Part shown: positions 26,080 through 38,262 of the stretch, one piece after another
How the letters are laid out: every line of letters starts with the position of its first letter
Position numbering within the stretch: position 1 is the first letter of the stretch
Assembly: GCF_018977255.1 (NCBI RefSeq)
Contig: NW_024704742.1
Coordinates: forward strand, 21,702,001-21,766,000
Origin: Callorhinchus milii
Lineage: Eukaryota
Direction: 5' to 3'
DNA: 64,000 nt
Translations under genes and position numbers: made by a program
Notes under the pieces: generated by a model
What the model saw: only the letters and a program-made list of their open reading frames with translations
What the model was told of the DNA's origin: nothing
The model's database searches: none

Positions 26080-26570
26080 ACCCTGCCAATAGGGGAGGCA
26101 GTGAGAAGGGCATTAGAAAGGTCAAGTCTGAAGGTAATGAAGACGTGGGTAAGGATTTCAGCTGTGTGGCCGTGAGATAGGTACGGAAACAGGTGATGTG
26201 GCAACAATGAAGTAAAGGCACTCTTGGTCCGTAGCCGAAAACGAGGGAGGAAAGAGAGTTGCAGGATCAAATAGGATGCCAAGTTTCTGCACTGGCTCAA
26301 TGACATGGAGAGAATAACTAGGAAGGTTATGTAATTGGAAGAAGAGGTGAGGAGGTGTTGGCAAGAGTGGAGGAGGCTGGCTTCTGTTTCCTCCGATGCT
26401 TTGTGAAGCTAATGGAACTTGAGGCTCATCCAGAACCTGAGATCTGACAGACAACTGAACAGAACATCAGTAGACCTGGAATCGAGCAGGGCGACAGCTG
26501 ATTGTCATTGGCATATATGTGGAATTTACCCATTTCTATAAACAACGTCAGCAAAGGGGAGCATGTAAAT
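26080..26570 (-). mobile_element. L2 LINE fragment, degenerate
   Basis: Minus-strand peptides VQKLGILFDP and TAEILTHVFITFRLDLSNALL. Confidence 0.85.
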
Positions 26571-26669
26571 CAGAGGTGGCCAGGTTGGCCAGCAAAATAA
26601 ATGTTTCTTGATTGAATATTTCTTGATTTATGCCATAAATATTCAATCAAGAAAGGTTGGCCACTGTTG
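26571..26669. mobile_element. Small hAT-like MITE with an internal 18-bp inverted repeat
   Basis: Ends CAGAGGTGGCCA...TGGCCACTGTTG; degenerate 8-bp flanks ATGTAAAT/ACGTAGAA. Confidence 0.5.
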
Positions 26670-27136
26670 ACGTAGAAAAAGAAAAAGAATGATTCTATAG
26701 TACAGTCCAATGTTTAAGTTAACACCATCAGGATGGACTCTGCTCCCCACACCTTCAAAGTTCTCTCCCCCAAATAGTTTAGCAATTTGTTCCTGTCTGT
26801 TGTCAAATAGTTACAAAGGATGGTGGCGGGGGGGACGGGGACCTTAAACTACCAGTGTTGCTCTGTGCTCTGCTGTTATTGGACATTTTAGCTAAATAAT
26901 GTTTGGAACATTATTGCACAAGGCGCATTTTGGTGTTTGGAATATTAATCACACATATCAAATTGGGCACGGTTTAAGTGCTAAGTCACCCATTCAGCAG
27001 CAGTCAACACAAAACGACTGTCACAGAACACATTTAACAATACGTTTCATTGTTACTCCTGACACAGTTAACGTTCTCTGTGCAATGAAATTCTTGTTCA
27101 CACGAATATATCAATCATGTTTATGTGCCTTACCTT

Positions 27137-27360
27137 AGCATTACGCTTCAATTCATTCAGTTTCTTCTTGACCTCCCAGGGAGGTCCTCTGTGAGTCTCT
27201 GACACAGGGTTGACCCAGGAGGTCACCGCTTGCCAGGCGTGCCTCCTCAACATAATGGTAAGCCTCCCTCCCACCCCACCCCCTGCTGAATGGGTCCTGT
27301 CTATGCTCCTGGACAGCCTGCGCCAGAGTTTGCTGTGCACCATGCTGAACTGGGCATCGT
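27137..27360 (-). pseudogene. Degenerate Harbinger-associated Myb/SANT-like (NAIF1-like) coding fragment
   Basis: LAQAVQEHRQDPF / LRRHAWQAVTSWVNPVSETHR...EVKKKLNELKRNAK, followed by AAG|gtaagg; frameshifted and truncated by the SINE at 27361. Confidence 0.75.
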
Positions 27361-27746
27361 GGAGTCCTGTAACGTGTTGGTTGGAGCACTCGCCACACAA
27401 GCGAGAGGACCCAGTTTCAATTCCCAGGCAGGGCGAAACCTAGGCAAGTTTCCTTAATCCAGACGTCTCTGTTTACCCAGCAGTAAGTAGGAACCCGGTT
27501 GATAGTCCATTGGCAGATCGCTCCTGGTGGGTAATAATCCCTTCAAAAAAAAGAAATAATTAATTAACTAAATAAAATAATAATAATTTGTTCACTCAAT
27601 CCACGACTGTTGCATAATTGGCTGCCGCGTTTTGCCCACGAAATATAGTCAATTCACTTTACAGTATATTCTGTGAAGACCTTTGAGACGTGTCAACAAT
27701 GTGATAAAGCGTTATATCAAATGCAAGGATTCTTATTATTATTATT
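27361..27746 (+). mobile_element. tRNA-derived SINE, long subfamily
   Basis: GGAGTCCTGTA... tRNA-like head with B-box-like motif, internal CAGTAAGTAGGAACC block, (ATT)n tail. Confidence 0.85.
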
Positions 27747-28188
27747 AAAAATATTGCTGTTCAATTCCTCCGCACTCTACAACTCCACTACCCTCTTTCA
27801 CATAAGTTTACTATTAAAAAGCCGGTTGAGATACTTAAAAGCACTTTTCCATTAAATAATCTACTACGTGGCTGGTTGCTACAGCATACATTTTGACACC
27901 CTTCCAGTTGGCACATCACAAAACCCACATCAGCCACAGCCACACACCCAACAGCAGACGCAAACGTACTCGCAATGGGAATGAAAAAGGGCTCTTCTGG
28001 AAAACAGCAATATCAATGTAGCCTCGCACCTCCTTCAGATGAATTTTAAACCAAGGTCCCACCTGTCTATTAAGATGGACGTTAAAGATCCCATGATACT
28101 ATTCGAAAAGAGAAGGGAATTTTTCCCAGTATCTTGGCCAACATTCCCCCAGGTAAAATTGTTTTTTCACTTCATGACCGTTTGGAGC

Positions 28189-28572
28189 GGAGTCCTGTAG
28201 CACAGTGATTAGAGCACTTGCCTCGCAAGTGAGAGGACTTGGGTTCGATTCCCGGGCTGGGCGAAACCTTGGGCAAGTGTCTTATTCCGCACACATGCCT
28301 CTGTTTACCTAGCAGTAAGTAGGAACCCACTCGTTATTCGATTAGGGGATCGCTTTCTGGGAGTAAAATTCCATCCAGAAAACAATAATAATAATGTGAT
28401 CACTTCAATCCACGACTGTTTGTGGGACACTGCTGTGTGCAATTGACTGCCACGTTTTGCCCACAAAATACACAGTATACTTTAAAGTATATCCTGTGAA
28501 GCGCTTTGAGACGTCTCAAAGACATGATAAGGCACTATCTCAAATGCAAGGATTATTATTATTATTATTATA
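28189..28572 (+). mobile_element. tRNA-derived SINE, long subfamily, nested in an older Deu-SINE
   Basis: A-box-like TAGCACAGTGATTAG, B box GGTTCGATTCC, (ATT)n tail; the host Deu-SINE resumes on both sides (about 28030-28690). Confidence 0.88.
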
Positions 28573-31500
28573 TTTGTGGGAAATTGCTGTGGATAAATTG
28601 TGTGCCACATCAAAATAATTATCTGTGAAGCACTTTAAGACATTTAGATGATATAGACGTTATATGAAAAGCAAGAATTATTATTATTAAACATGCCTTA
28701 GGACATGAAGTACATCTCCTTGGGGTAGTCCATGAAGCTGAGGAGCTGAGTTCTTACATGTCAGGATGATTTACATGGGGTTCCCTGCAGGAAACCAACT
28801 TTATATCTTTTTCCAATGCCAGTGAGGCATTTTCTCAACAGTCTCTCTTTTCAGTCCATTGTGCTTAACATATATCATTTCTCATCAGTGCAGAATAATG
28901 TCCATTCTGTTGCGGGATATACTGCTGTGGACTTGAACAATATCCTGCCAATCTTCAACTTTTGATGTTCCTTTCACAATTTACATTGAAAAGATGCATC
29001 ATTTTCTGAGACACAGTGACACACTTGTTTCTCTTAAAATTAAGCTAACAATATAGTGAACTATACTGCTCTTTGCAGCCAGTCATTGTAAAATGTGATT
29101 ATGAAAGTTCATTATTATTATTAATAATAATCCTTGTATTTGGTACAGCACCCTATCACATCATTAAGACGTTTCAAAGTGTTCACGGGATTTTACGGTA
29201 AAATGTAGTGATTGTGTATTTTGTAGACAAACACGGCAGCCAATTACTGCACAGCAATGTCAAACAAACAGTCATGATCAATTTTCTCGGGGGGATTGTT
29301 GGCCAAGACACCAGGAGAAACTTCCATCTCTTTTTGAATAGTGCCATGGGATCTTTAATGTCCACCTGAACAGGCAGACAAAACATTGGTTTAATGTCTC
29401 GTCTGATGGATGCATCTCTGACAGTGTAGTGCTCCCCTTCCACTACTACAACAAGAATAACAACAACAACTTGCATTTATATAGCGCCTTTCATGAGGGT
29501 TGCGTCCCAGAACACTTGACAGTGGCGGAGCACGATGCTGAGCTGGGGGAGGGGGATGTGACCATAGGCACGGTCAAAGAGGAAGGTCTTCAGGTGCTAC
29601 CTGAAGATGGGGAAGGAGCATTGCCTCGGAGTATTGCGGACTTGCTTGACTCTGGGATCAGGCAAAGACCCCCTTAGAAGGTCAACTCAATTCTGATAAT
29701 CCTTTTGCAGGCAAATGATCTTGAAGCATCTCAACTCTGAAGAAGATCCCATTAACTTCCCACCCATCCCCCCAGTGAGATACACATTAACAGGGAGGCT
29801 ATGGGAGGCTATGGGAGGAGAGGAGGGTTGATGACCAAGGCACCGTAGAATAGATTATTTTCAAGAGGCTTTAAAGGCAGACAGGGTTTGGTGAGGCAGA
29901 GGAACTTAGAGAGGGAGTTACAGAGCATAGCATCTGAAGGCTCAGTGAGGCCAATGGAGAGATCCAGTCTGGAGATGATAAAGGCATGGGTAAAAGGTTT
30001 TGGCTGTGTTGGTAGTCAGATAGGGACAGAGGTGGGCGATGTGGCAAAGGTGAAGAAAAGAAGATTTGGTCAGAGACTGAATATAAAGAGGGAAAGCGAG
30101 CTGTCAGGCGACCAGAAAGCCAAGGTTAAACACAGGCTCAGTGAGATGGAGAAAGCAACAAGTTGTAATTTTCACCTTAACATTCTGATCTTCTCTTACA
30201 AGTACAGGTTGAGGCAAGTCACCTGTTGTAATTTTGTCCTTCATATCTCCATCCACTTCATTTCATTAGTTGTTTGTGTATTCGCGTCTTGGTAAATTCA
30301 GCTTTCTTTGCACTCTGAAATTGACAGGAAAACAGGAAGGAAAAGCTGAGGTCATTGGTGTGGTCATAAACCACATGTTTGTGAAACTGACTTCTGCTGT
30401 GAAAACATCAACGTCTTAAAAAGATTCCTTCTTTCAGAGGCAAGCTTCTCAGCCCTTGCCTGCACATTGGAACAAAATATATAAAAAATCCAAGTAATAA
30501 TCCTTGCATTTGATATAGTTCACATAAAGTCATCACATAGAGTTTCATAGGATTTTACCTTGAAGCATGGAGACTGTGTATTGCCCCGCAAACCACTGTG
30601 AAACAAATGAGAAATTTTATTTGGGGAATTCTTAGCCAGGACACCAAAAGAAACTCCTTTCTTTTTCCAAATAGTGCCATAGAGCTCCGGGCCACTACCC
30701 CGCGTGAAGGGCGCTGTATTAATGCAAGTTGTTGTTGTTGCATAGGATATTTAATGTCCACCTTAACAAGGAGACAGGATCTCAGATTAACATCTCATCT
30801 GAAGGACAGCACCTTGAACAATGCAATGCTCTCCCAGCACTGGACTGGAGAGTCTGCCTGGACTGTGAATTCAAAGTCCTGACATGGGATTTAAACCAAA
30901 AACTTTCTGACTCAGCAAGAATTCTACCAACTGAGCCAAGCTGACACCTAATCTAGAATCTATCACAGCTTATTGTGCACACAGATGTTTCCCTGAACAT
31001 CCATTCAATATTGACACTGGTCGCTTTATCATCAATCAAAGTATACTCTCCAGAATGTCTGACCTAAATCTGAAAGAGCTGGAATTTTGACTCCTCACTC
31101 AGTTAAGGAAAAGCACAGTGAACCATAAAGTGTTGTAATTCTGCACTCGATTTCCCCATCCAGCTCTTCACAAAGTTGTCAGAAGATGGCACCACATTCA
31201 CACAATGACTGCTGACCACTGACTCCGAGCATAGATTAATAAAGCAGGTGTCAAGTCAAGTAGCTGTGTTTTGAATGGTCAGGATGTCAACACCAGTGGT
31301 GTGTTTCAGAATACACTTACTTCAATGTCTCAACTAAGCCATCTGAGGAAAGTGGCCATCATTTACAACAACGACAACAGCTTGCATTTATATCGCGCCC
31401 CTCACGCAGGGTAGCGTCCCAGAGCGCTTGACAGTGGGGGAGAATGACTGCGTGCTCCAGATCTGAGGCTGATAAATTATGCATTTTTGCTTTGATTATA

Positions 31501-32199
31501 AACTCGGGGATCTGTATTTTGAGTCGTCGTGTTGTTGCCTCCCCCAATGCCAATCTCACAAGCCTTTCTGTACCATTTGGAATAGACTGTAAAATAGATT
31601 TCTCTACAACTGTTTGTAGCTGTCACAACTGTTTGCATAACTGTAACGGCAACCACTGTAGCTATCCAAAAGGTAGTCAGTAAATCAAAGAGAAGATAGA
31701 TAATGACCACGTTTGACCATTATTAAATTAACATATACCAGTTACAACGTCCAGTCACTACACTTGACAAAACATCCTGTGAAATGCTTTGAGATGTCTC
31801 AATGATGTGATAAGGTTCGCTATCAAATGTAAAGATTATAATATTGGACCACCTATTCTTTACAAGTCACTTTTGATGGTTTTCTTAATATGATTTGATG
31901 AGGCAGCATGGTATCCCAGGTGTAAAATAAAAATGGTAAATGTCAGATAAATGCAAAACCTCAGGCAAGTTTCCTTCCTCCTTATGCCTCTGTTTATTTA
32001 GCAGTAAGTAGGAAGCCAGTTTTTAGTCGATTGGCGGATAGCTTTCCTGGGGTAATAATCACTCACAAAAAAAATGTGGTCACTCAATCCACAACTGTTT
32101 GTGGGTCATTGCTGTGTGCAATTGGCTGCCATATTTCACCCACAAAATACACAGTCAATCCACTTTAAAATGTATTCTGCAAAGCGCTTTGAGACATCA

Positions 32200-32712
32200 G
32201 TTCTAGGCACCACACTTTAGGAAGGATGTCAAAGCATCGGAGATTTACCAGGATGGTACCAGGAATGAGAAACTTCAATTATCAGGAGAGGCTGGAGAAG
32301 CTAGGATTATTCTCCTTGGAGCAAAGATGGTTAAGAGGAGACTTAATAGAAGTTCTCAAAATTATGAGGGGATTTGATAGGGTGAACAAGGAGAATTTAT
32401 TTCCACTGGTGGGTGGGTCAGCAACTCGAGGACACCAATTTAAAATAGTTGTTAAAAGAAACAGAGGGGAGGTGAGGAGAAATTTTTTCACACAGCAAGT
32501 CTGAATCTGGAATGCATGCTTGAAAGGATGGTGGAAGCTGATTCAATAACAACTTTTAAGAGAGAAGTAGATAATTATTTGGGGAGGACAAGTTTGCAGG
32601 GCTATGGGGAGAGCGCGGGGGAGTGGGATTGAATTGGATAGTTCTTTTCAAAGAGGCGGCATAGACACGATGCGCAGAATGGCCTCCTTCTGTGCTATAT
32701 GATTCTATGATC
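32200..32712 (+). mobile_element. CR1 LINE 3' fragment
   Basis: RRFTRMVPGMRNFNYQERLEKLGLFSLEQRWLRGDLIEVLKIMRGFD...TRGHQFK...RRNFFTQ, plus the 3'UTR ending TATGATTCTATGA. Confidence 0.95.
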
Positions 32713-33159
32713 TCAACTACGACTACTATAGTATGCCTCTTCCCATTGCAATGCTATGCAAAACACAATTAGCATTTTGGCCACCTTCCGTGGGGCGAAT
32801 CAAAAGCAATCTAGACACCCGAAGCCAGAAATTCTCCTTAGTTTTAGTTTGTAATACATTGTAATACATTATTTTTTAAGCCGGTTTTCAGTAATTATTA
32901 AAAAAAATTATTAATCAAAAAATGGAATCACTGTTAAGAATTTCCACATTTCTGCTTGGAATTTCTACGAAATTTCAGGAATCTGAGGATTGATTTTCTA
33001 CTGGAATTGGCTGTTGCGAGCTTGCAATGTGTTTTTCTAATGTAATTTTCCTTGGTTATAATCTTAAATTAACAAATTTACTATCAAGAGAATGACTCTC
33101 TGTCTATCTCCCGTCTGCCTGCTTGTAACTTATCTTACCCTGTTTATGAGGGTAATCAA

Positions 33160-33992
33160 AGCCAGTCAGGAACCTCGGCGTTTTGTTCGACCCTGAGCTG
33201 TCCTTTCTCCCTCACATCCGCACCACAACTGGCACCGCCTTCCATCACCTCCGGAATATCGCCAGATTACGGCACTACCTCACCCCTCACGCCGCTGAAA
33301 CCCTGGTTCACGCCTTTGTCACCTCAAGGCTGGACTATGGGAACTCTCTCCTCGCCGGCCTTCCCGCCACCTCCCTCCACAAGCTGCAGGTCATTCAGAA
33401 CTCTGCAGCTCGTGTAGTGTCCCGAACCAGGCTTCGGGACCACATCACTCCCACCCTCGCTCGCCTCCACTGGCTCCCCATCCCCCAGAGGATTGATTTC
33501 AAGATCCTCATCCTCACCTACAAGGCCATTCACGGCCTTGCTCCCTCCTACCTCTCCAACCTACTATCCCCCTACCTACCTACCTACCCATACCCTCCGT
33601 TCCTCTGGCTCCGGTCTGCTCCACGTCCCCCGCCCCAACCGCCCTACTATCGGTGGTCGGGCCTTCAGCCTCTCAGCCCCCAGGCTCTGGAACTCCATCC
33701 CCCAGTGCCTTCGCCGCTTCCTCCCTTTCCTCCTTCAAGGCCGGTCTCAAAACCTTTCTCTTTGGCCGTGCCTTCAGCTCCCCTCTCGACTCTCTTCCTC
33801 CTCCTCGCTCCCTCCCTTCCCTCCCCTCACCCTGACCATTTCCCCCCTCCTCTCTCCCTCCCTTCCCTCCCCTCACCCTGACCATTTCCCCCCTGCTCGG
33901 GTCATGACCCAACTGTGCAGCGCCTTGGGACGTCCTCCTGACGTGAAAGGCGCTCTATAAATGGAATCTTGTTGTTGTTGTTGTTGTTGTTG
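33160..33992 (+). mobile_element. L2 LINE 3' fragment (ORF2 C-terminus, 3'UTR, (GTT)n tail)
   Basis: RNLGVLFDPELSF...HLRNIARLRHYL...LVHAFVTSRLDYGNSLLAGLP...LQVIQNSAAR...LHWLPI is typical L2 ORF2; frameshift near 33585. Confidence 0.95.
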
Positions 33993-33994
33993 AG

Positions 33995-34520
33995 GTGTGT
34001 AAGGTGTCATTGGCCTTGAGTGGCTTTAGCTCGTGCACTCTGGGAGCCAACAGTCTGTCTGTTCTTCTGTTCTGAACAGCTGTGGGTCACTTGGTATCTT
34101 CAAGATAAAGGAATCATGTATTCCTCCAGGGAACTGTGCATTTACATGGACAATGTTTCACAAGAATGATTAAATTTGATGCCTGCAACTGAGGAATGCC
34201 ATTGAGTTCAGTGCAGCTGCCTGAATAACTACACGAGTGCAGTCATTGATTCCCTACACGTTTAGGATGCTATCTGGTTCTGTTTAAACAATGCAACCTC
34301 TGCACTCTTCTACTGTTCTGCGGGGGAGAGGAGAAGGAGTCTTTCTAAGAGCGCTTCTGTCAACTCCCTTATGCAGTGCAACATGTCAAAATGGCTGACT
34401 CTCTGATGTCTCCTGAAGATGTCAGAAGGTGAAAGTCCTGGATTAAAGAGGTAGAGACCAATGGTGACCTTTACTACCACCGCCAAGCAAGCCCATTCCT
34501 TCCACAATTAAAGAAAGGAT
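33995..34520 (-). pseudogene. Degenerate PIF/Harbinger transposase (HARBI1-like)
   Basis: Minus-strand peptides in shifting frames: LAVVVKVTIGLYLF...HCIRELTEALLER; NV*GINDCTRVVIQA; IVHVNAQFPGGIHDSFILK...CWL. These match Harbinger motifs GxIDCTH and PGSxHDSFIL. Abuts the L2 tail at 33992. Confidence 0.85.
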
Positions 34521-36396
34521 CGTATTCGGTCCATATTGCATCTCAGTGTGCTCTATGATTGATGCTCCAGTGGTGGCAATGACATGTTTGCCTTGCTCTC
34601 AGTGCAGTTGCACCTTTTTTTGTTTAAAGATCCAGGAAATCCCATTTTTCTGTTCTGCCCCTGGATAATGTTGTATGCTTATGTTCAACAGATGTTGTGA
34701 TTTAGGTTGCAACAAACGAGGAGGAACTGTCTCAAAGACCCTGGGCATGTTCAATCTGGATGGTATCATTCCTTCTGCAGCTGAATGCTTAGGTACTGAG
34801 AGTGGCAGGAACTACAAGAGAAGATAGATCCAGAGATGGAAAGAATCCCTTCACCATAGGTCTTTCAGAGGCGATATTAAACCAAGGATCCACCTGTCCA
34901 TTTCTGGGTGGACATTAAAATTTCCATGGAATTTTTTTAAAAAGTACTGTAGACCATGGCCACTGATGGTGGAACCGGGCGAACGAGGGATATGCAGGAG
35001 GCTGGAGCCAGTCTAGCGAAGGCAGCGGGTAGTGGGTTCAGGAGTAACCAGGTCGGAGAGGTAGGGAGGTGCCAGGGTCTGAAGGGCTTTGAATTCTGGA
35101 CCATGCTGAGTTTGCTGCTCTCGGCAAGGGCTGCGTTAAAATCAGTCAGGTTTATAAGTCTTGGTTTCCCTAGTGGCAGTCTGCATGTGCAGCAGCCAGG
35201 GAGAGGCGCAGCTCGGATGTGGTGCCCTCCACAGTTGAATGGCCAGCCATGGTTCACACATGAAGAGTGGTCAATAGGATGTGGTACTGGAGGGCAATCA
35301 TTGCTCAGGGAGCCACATCCTTGTGGCCAGAAGCGATCTGGGGTTTATTAATTCGTTCCCCTTGAAATCACGTTGTGGTTTTCTGAGCACAGCAATAACT
35401 GGGTGTTTGCGGTTGAACATTGTAGGTAGTTTTGTACGTAACAATATCCCACAAACAGCCTTGCAGTGAATGCTCAATTTTATGTGCGGGGGTTGTTGGT
35501 CAAGACACCGGGAGAAACTCCTTTCTCATTTTGGATAGTGTCATGGGATCTTTAAGGTCCAAATGAACATTTCGACCTGATGAGGTGGGCTATCAACCGC
35601 AAATATTATTGCTAGACTTTTCATTGCATCTCAGTGGAAGACAACAGATTAATTCTCACTTTCACTGAAAAAAAGCAAGGAGAGCTTTATCCTAGCGTTT
35701 ATCTTTTACTCGTTGCCAACCGAATTCTGTGTGTAGACAAACATCCTTTATTTTGAATTTCCAGATTGTTAGTACTGTACTGAGCAAAGTGACATTGCCC
35801 TGCACTTGTGATCTCTCTCTCCCATGCCCTGCACCTCACAAGCCTGTCGCTGGCGTTGCCTAGCTCACCGATGACCGAAAAGGTATGTCCTTAAATACAT
35901 GTCAATGATCAGGAAGAGAGATGACCAAAGGAGGACCTGAACTCAACAGTAATTTGTCCCAAGCCCCAGACTGGGCGAAACAGTGTGAGGAAGCTCCACA
36001 ATTGTTACTTTCCTGAGAAAACCCAAGTGCATTGAGACTTTAAGGAGGTGACTGTGCAAAGATTGCCTTGAGCATCTGGGTTTAAAGGACACCCCACAGG
36101 CGAATTAACTCCTCACCCCCTCTCTCTAATCTTAAACCTACTCTCAGCCCTAACTCACCCTAACAGCTGCTGAGGATCCAGAGTCAAAGCAAAGTGATCC
36201 GCAGCCAGAGAGCGATCTGGGGTGTTTCTTGTTGTTTTTTTATTGATTTGTTCCCCTTGAAATCAGTTTATGATTGTCTGAGGCAGCAAATAACTTTTGA
36301 ACTGAGCCTTTCTGCACATCAGCCAAGGGCAGCTGAGCTGAGCTGAGCAGATCAGATCAGAGGCTTCCCTCCTACCTTTACCCACCACACACAGTG

Positions 36397-36473
36397 ATGG
36401 CTCAACCCAAGACAGTCTTGTTTCTACTCATCCTCAACTCTCCTCTGAATTCAGACATGCACAGGCAGATCAG
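36397..36473 (+). CDS. Nephronectin/EGFL6-like gene exon 1 (putative signal peptide)
   Basis: gtgATGG start; MAQPKTVLFLLILNSPLNSDMHRQI(R) with a short hydrophobic core; CAG|gtaggt donor, phase 2 matching the next exon. Confidence 0.7.
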
Positions 36474-36686
36474 GTAGGTGTTGGCTGGTATTGATCTCAT
36501 TATTATTATTAATATTATTATTATTATACGTCACCTTATTGTTTTGCAACACAATAATCAATTGATACAAAGATCTGAAGGAGACCAACTGCTTCTCCTT
36601 TTTTTGTTTTTGCAAACCCATGTCTGTAATTGTCTGATTTCTCTCTCTTTTTTTACACACACATGCACACACTCTCTCCTTTGCAG

Positions 36687-36808
36687 AGACGAGCAGGGAT
36701 TGGAGTTTGCCCGTGTTCCCAGGGCACAGTGGCCAGGTGCTGTGTGTGCTTTTGGCCAGGCTCTCTCTTGCTGCTATGGGTGGAAGAATTTCAGTGGAAT
36801 CTGTCAAC
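36687..36808 (+). CDS. Nephronectin/EGFL6-like gene exon 2 (N-terminal Cys module)
   Basis: ctcctttgcag| ... C|gtaagt. DEQGLEFARVPRAQWPGAVCAFGQALSCCYGWKNFSGICQ(P) resembles NPNT GLCRYGGRIDCCWGWARQSWGQCQP. Confidence 0.9.
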
Positions 36809-38014
36809 GTAAGTGGCTGCAACATCTGGAAAGTCTCACGACTCTTTCAGCCTCCTTCTATTTGTCTCTCTCCTCTCTCTCCCTTTCTCTCTCTCTGTCT
36901 ACAGATCTGCTTAAATTGTTCTCGTTTGCACATAGCCCAGATCTTACCTTCTGCACCTTGTGTGGAGTTAGCTCGAAGCAGCTAAAGCAGCTCTCTGCAA
37001 ACCTGTACTGTACAAGCGTATGCGTTATTTGTTCAACCTTACTTCCTTAATGTATATCTATGATCCTGCAGGCTGACAATATTCCTAAAAAAAAGCATTA
37101 GGAATAACCGTGCAAAGGTGCAATGGGACTTTTACGAGCTAACGAAATGCAAAACCTTCCGTTTTTGAATTAATGCTGTGCCCTTTATTAACACTCAAAC
37201 CTGCTTTAGTGCTTGGGAGTAACAGATTGTCTAAAACTGTCCATTGTCATATACAAGCAGATTTTTAAAAAATGTAATAATAATCCTTGAATTTGATATC
37301 GCGCCTTATAACATCGTTGAGACGTTTCAACGTGCTTCAAAGTGATTGTATATCTTGTGGGCAAAACACAGCAGCCGGGTGCGCACAGCAGTGTCTCACA
37401 CACAGTTGTGGATTGAGTGACCAAATTATTATCATTTTTTAAAAGGGATGTACTCAAAGGTTGAAGTAATAATAATCCCTCCAAGTAATAATAATCCCTC
37501 CAAAACCAAAAACAATAATAAAATTGGTCATTTTCAATCTACGACTGTTTGTGGGACATTGCTGTGCGCAATTGGCTGCCGCGTTCGCCCACAAATATAC
37601 GGTCAATTCACTTTACAGTGTGTTCTGTGAAGCGCTTTGGGACATCCTCCCGACGTGAAAAGCGCTATATCAAATGCAAGGATTATTATTATTATTATAA
37701 GGTTGAAAACTTTGATTAAAATACGGGGTTGGAAATGTTTACTACATTTCATTCAACATAATTAATAGTTATGATTTCCAACCTCCTTTTACAGTATTAC
37801 GATTGATATAAGATTAAGCAGCCTATATATCCAGAGTACATGCAAAAAAAAACACAATGGGTAGCAGGTCTGAATGACTCTTAAGCTAATTGTTGCCATA
37901 GACTCAAGCCTGAAAATAAAGAACTGAAGCTTCAATCTACATTTGAACTTCAGGGTAGTATTTTGTACCCACAAGTACTAAACTACCAGTGGAACTTTTA
38001 AAGCTAGAATCTAT

Positions 38015-38262
38015 GAGGGAGAAAATCTGCCTGAGTCTAGATTTTTTATTCTATTTTCTTAAAGATTTAGAGTCTCCAGAATTTGGCAAATTGTTGAATT
38101 CAGTCATAGCTTTGAAGACGGCTTTCTAGAATTTTTAAAAGAAACTTACAGAAACAATGGCTTCAAAATTCAGGCTGTGTTTAAGAACTTGCCAAATTCA
38201 GGATTCTCTGAAATGCCATTAAAACAGAATAAATGTAGATCTATGTGGAAGTTTTACCCCTT
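38015..38262. repeat. Palindromic MITE-like repeat; second copy in opposite orientation at about 2440-2640
   Basis: TTTAGAGTCTCCAGAATTTGGCAAATTGTTGAATTCAG here is the reverse complement of CTGAATTCAACAATTTGCCAATTTCTGGATCTCTAAA at about 2552; each copy is self-complementary. Confidence 0.7.

Noticed and set aside
33183..33881. Longest ORF in the track (232 aa) as a host gene
   Set aside because: It is the L2 ORF2 C-terminus with a frameshift into low-complexity 3'UTR.
34956..35351. 131-aa ORF upstream of the EGF gene
   Set aside because: The first part is antisense L2 (FKALQTLAPPYLSDL on the minus strand); the rest shows no recognisable domain.
35575..35605. CTGATGAG...ACCGCAAA as a hammerhead ribozyme core
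   Set aside because: The GAAA motif is broken, stem II is weak, and I could not find convincing stems I and III.
36478..37050. 190-aa ORF as a single-exon gene
   Set aside because: Only 36687-36808 is protein-like and bounded by splice sites; the rest is intronic simple sequence.
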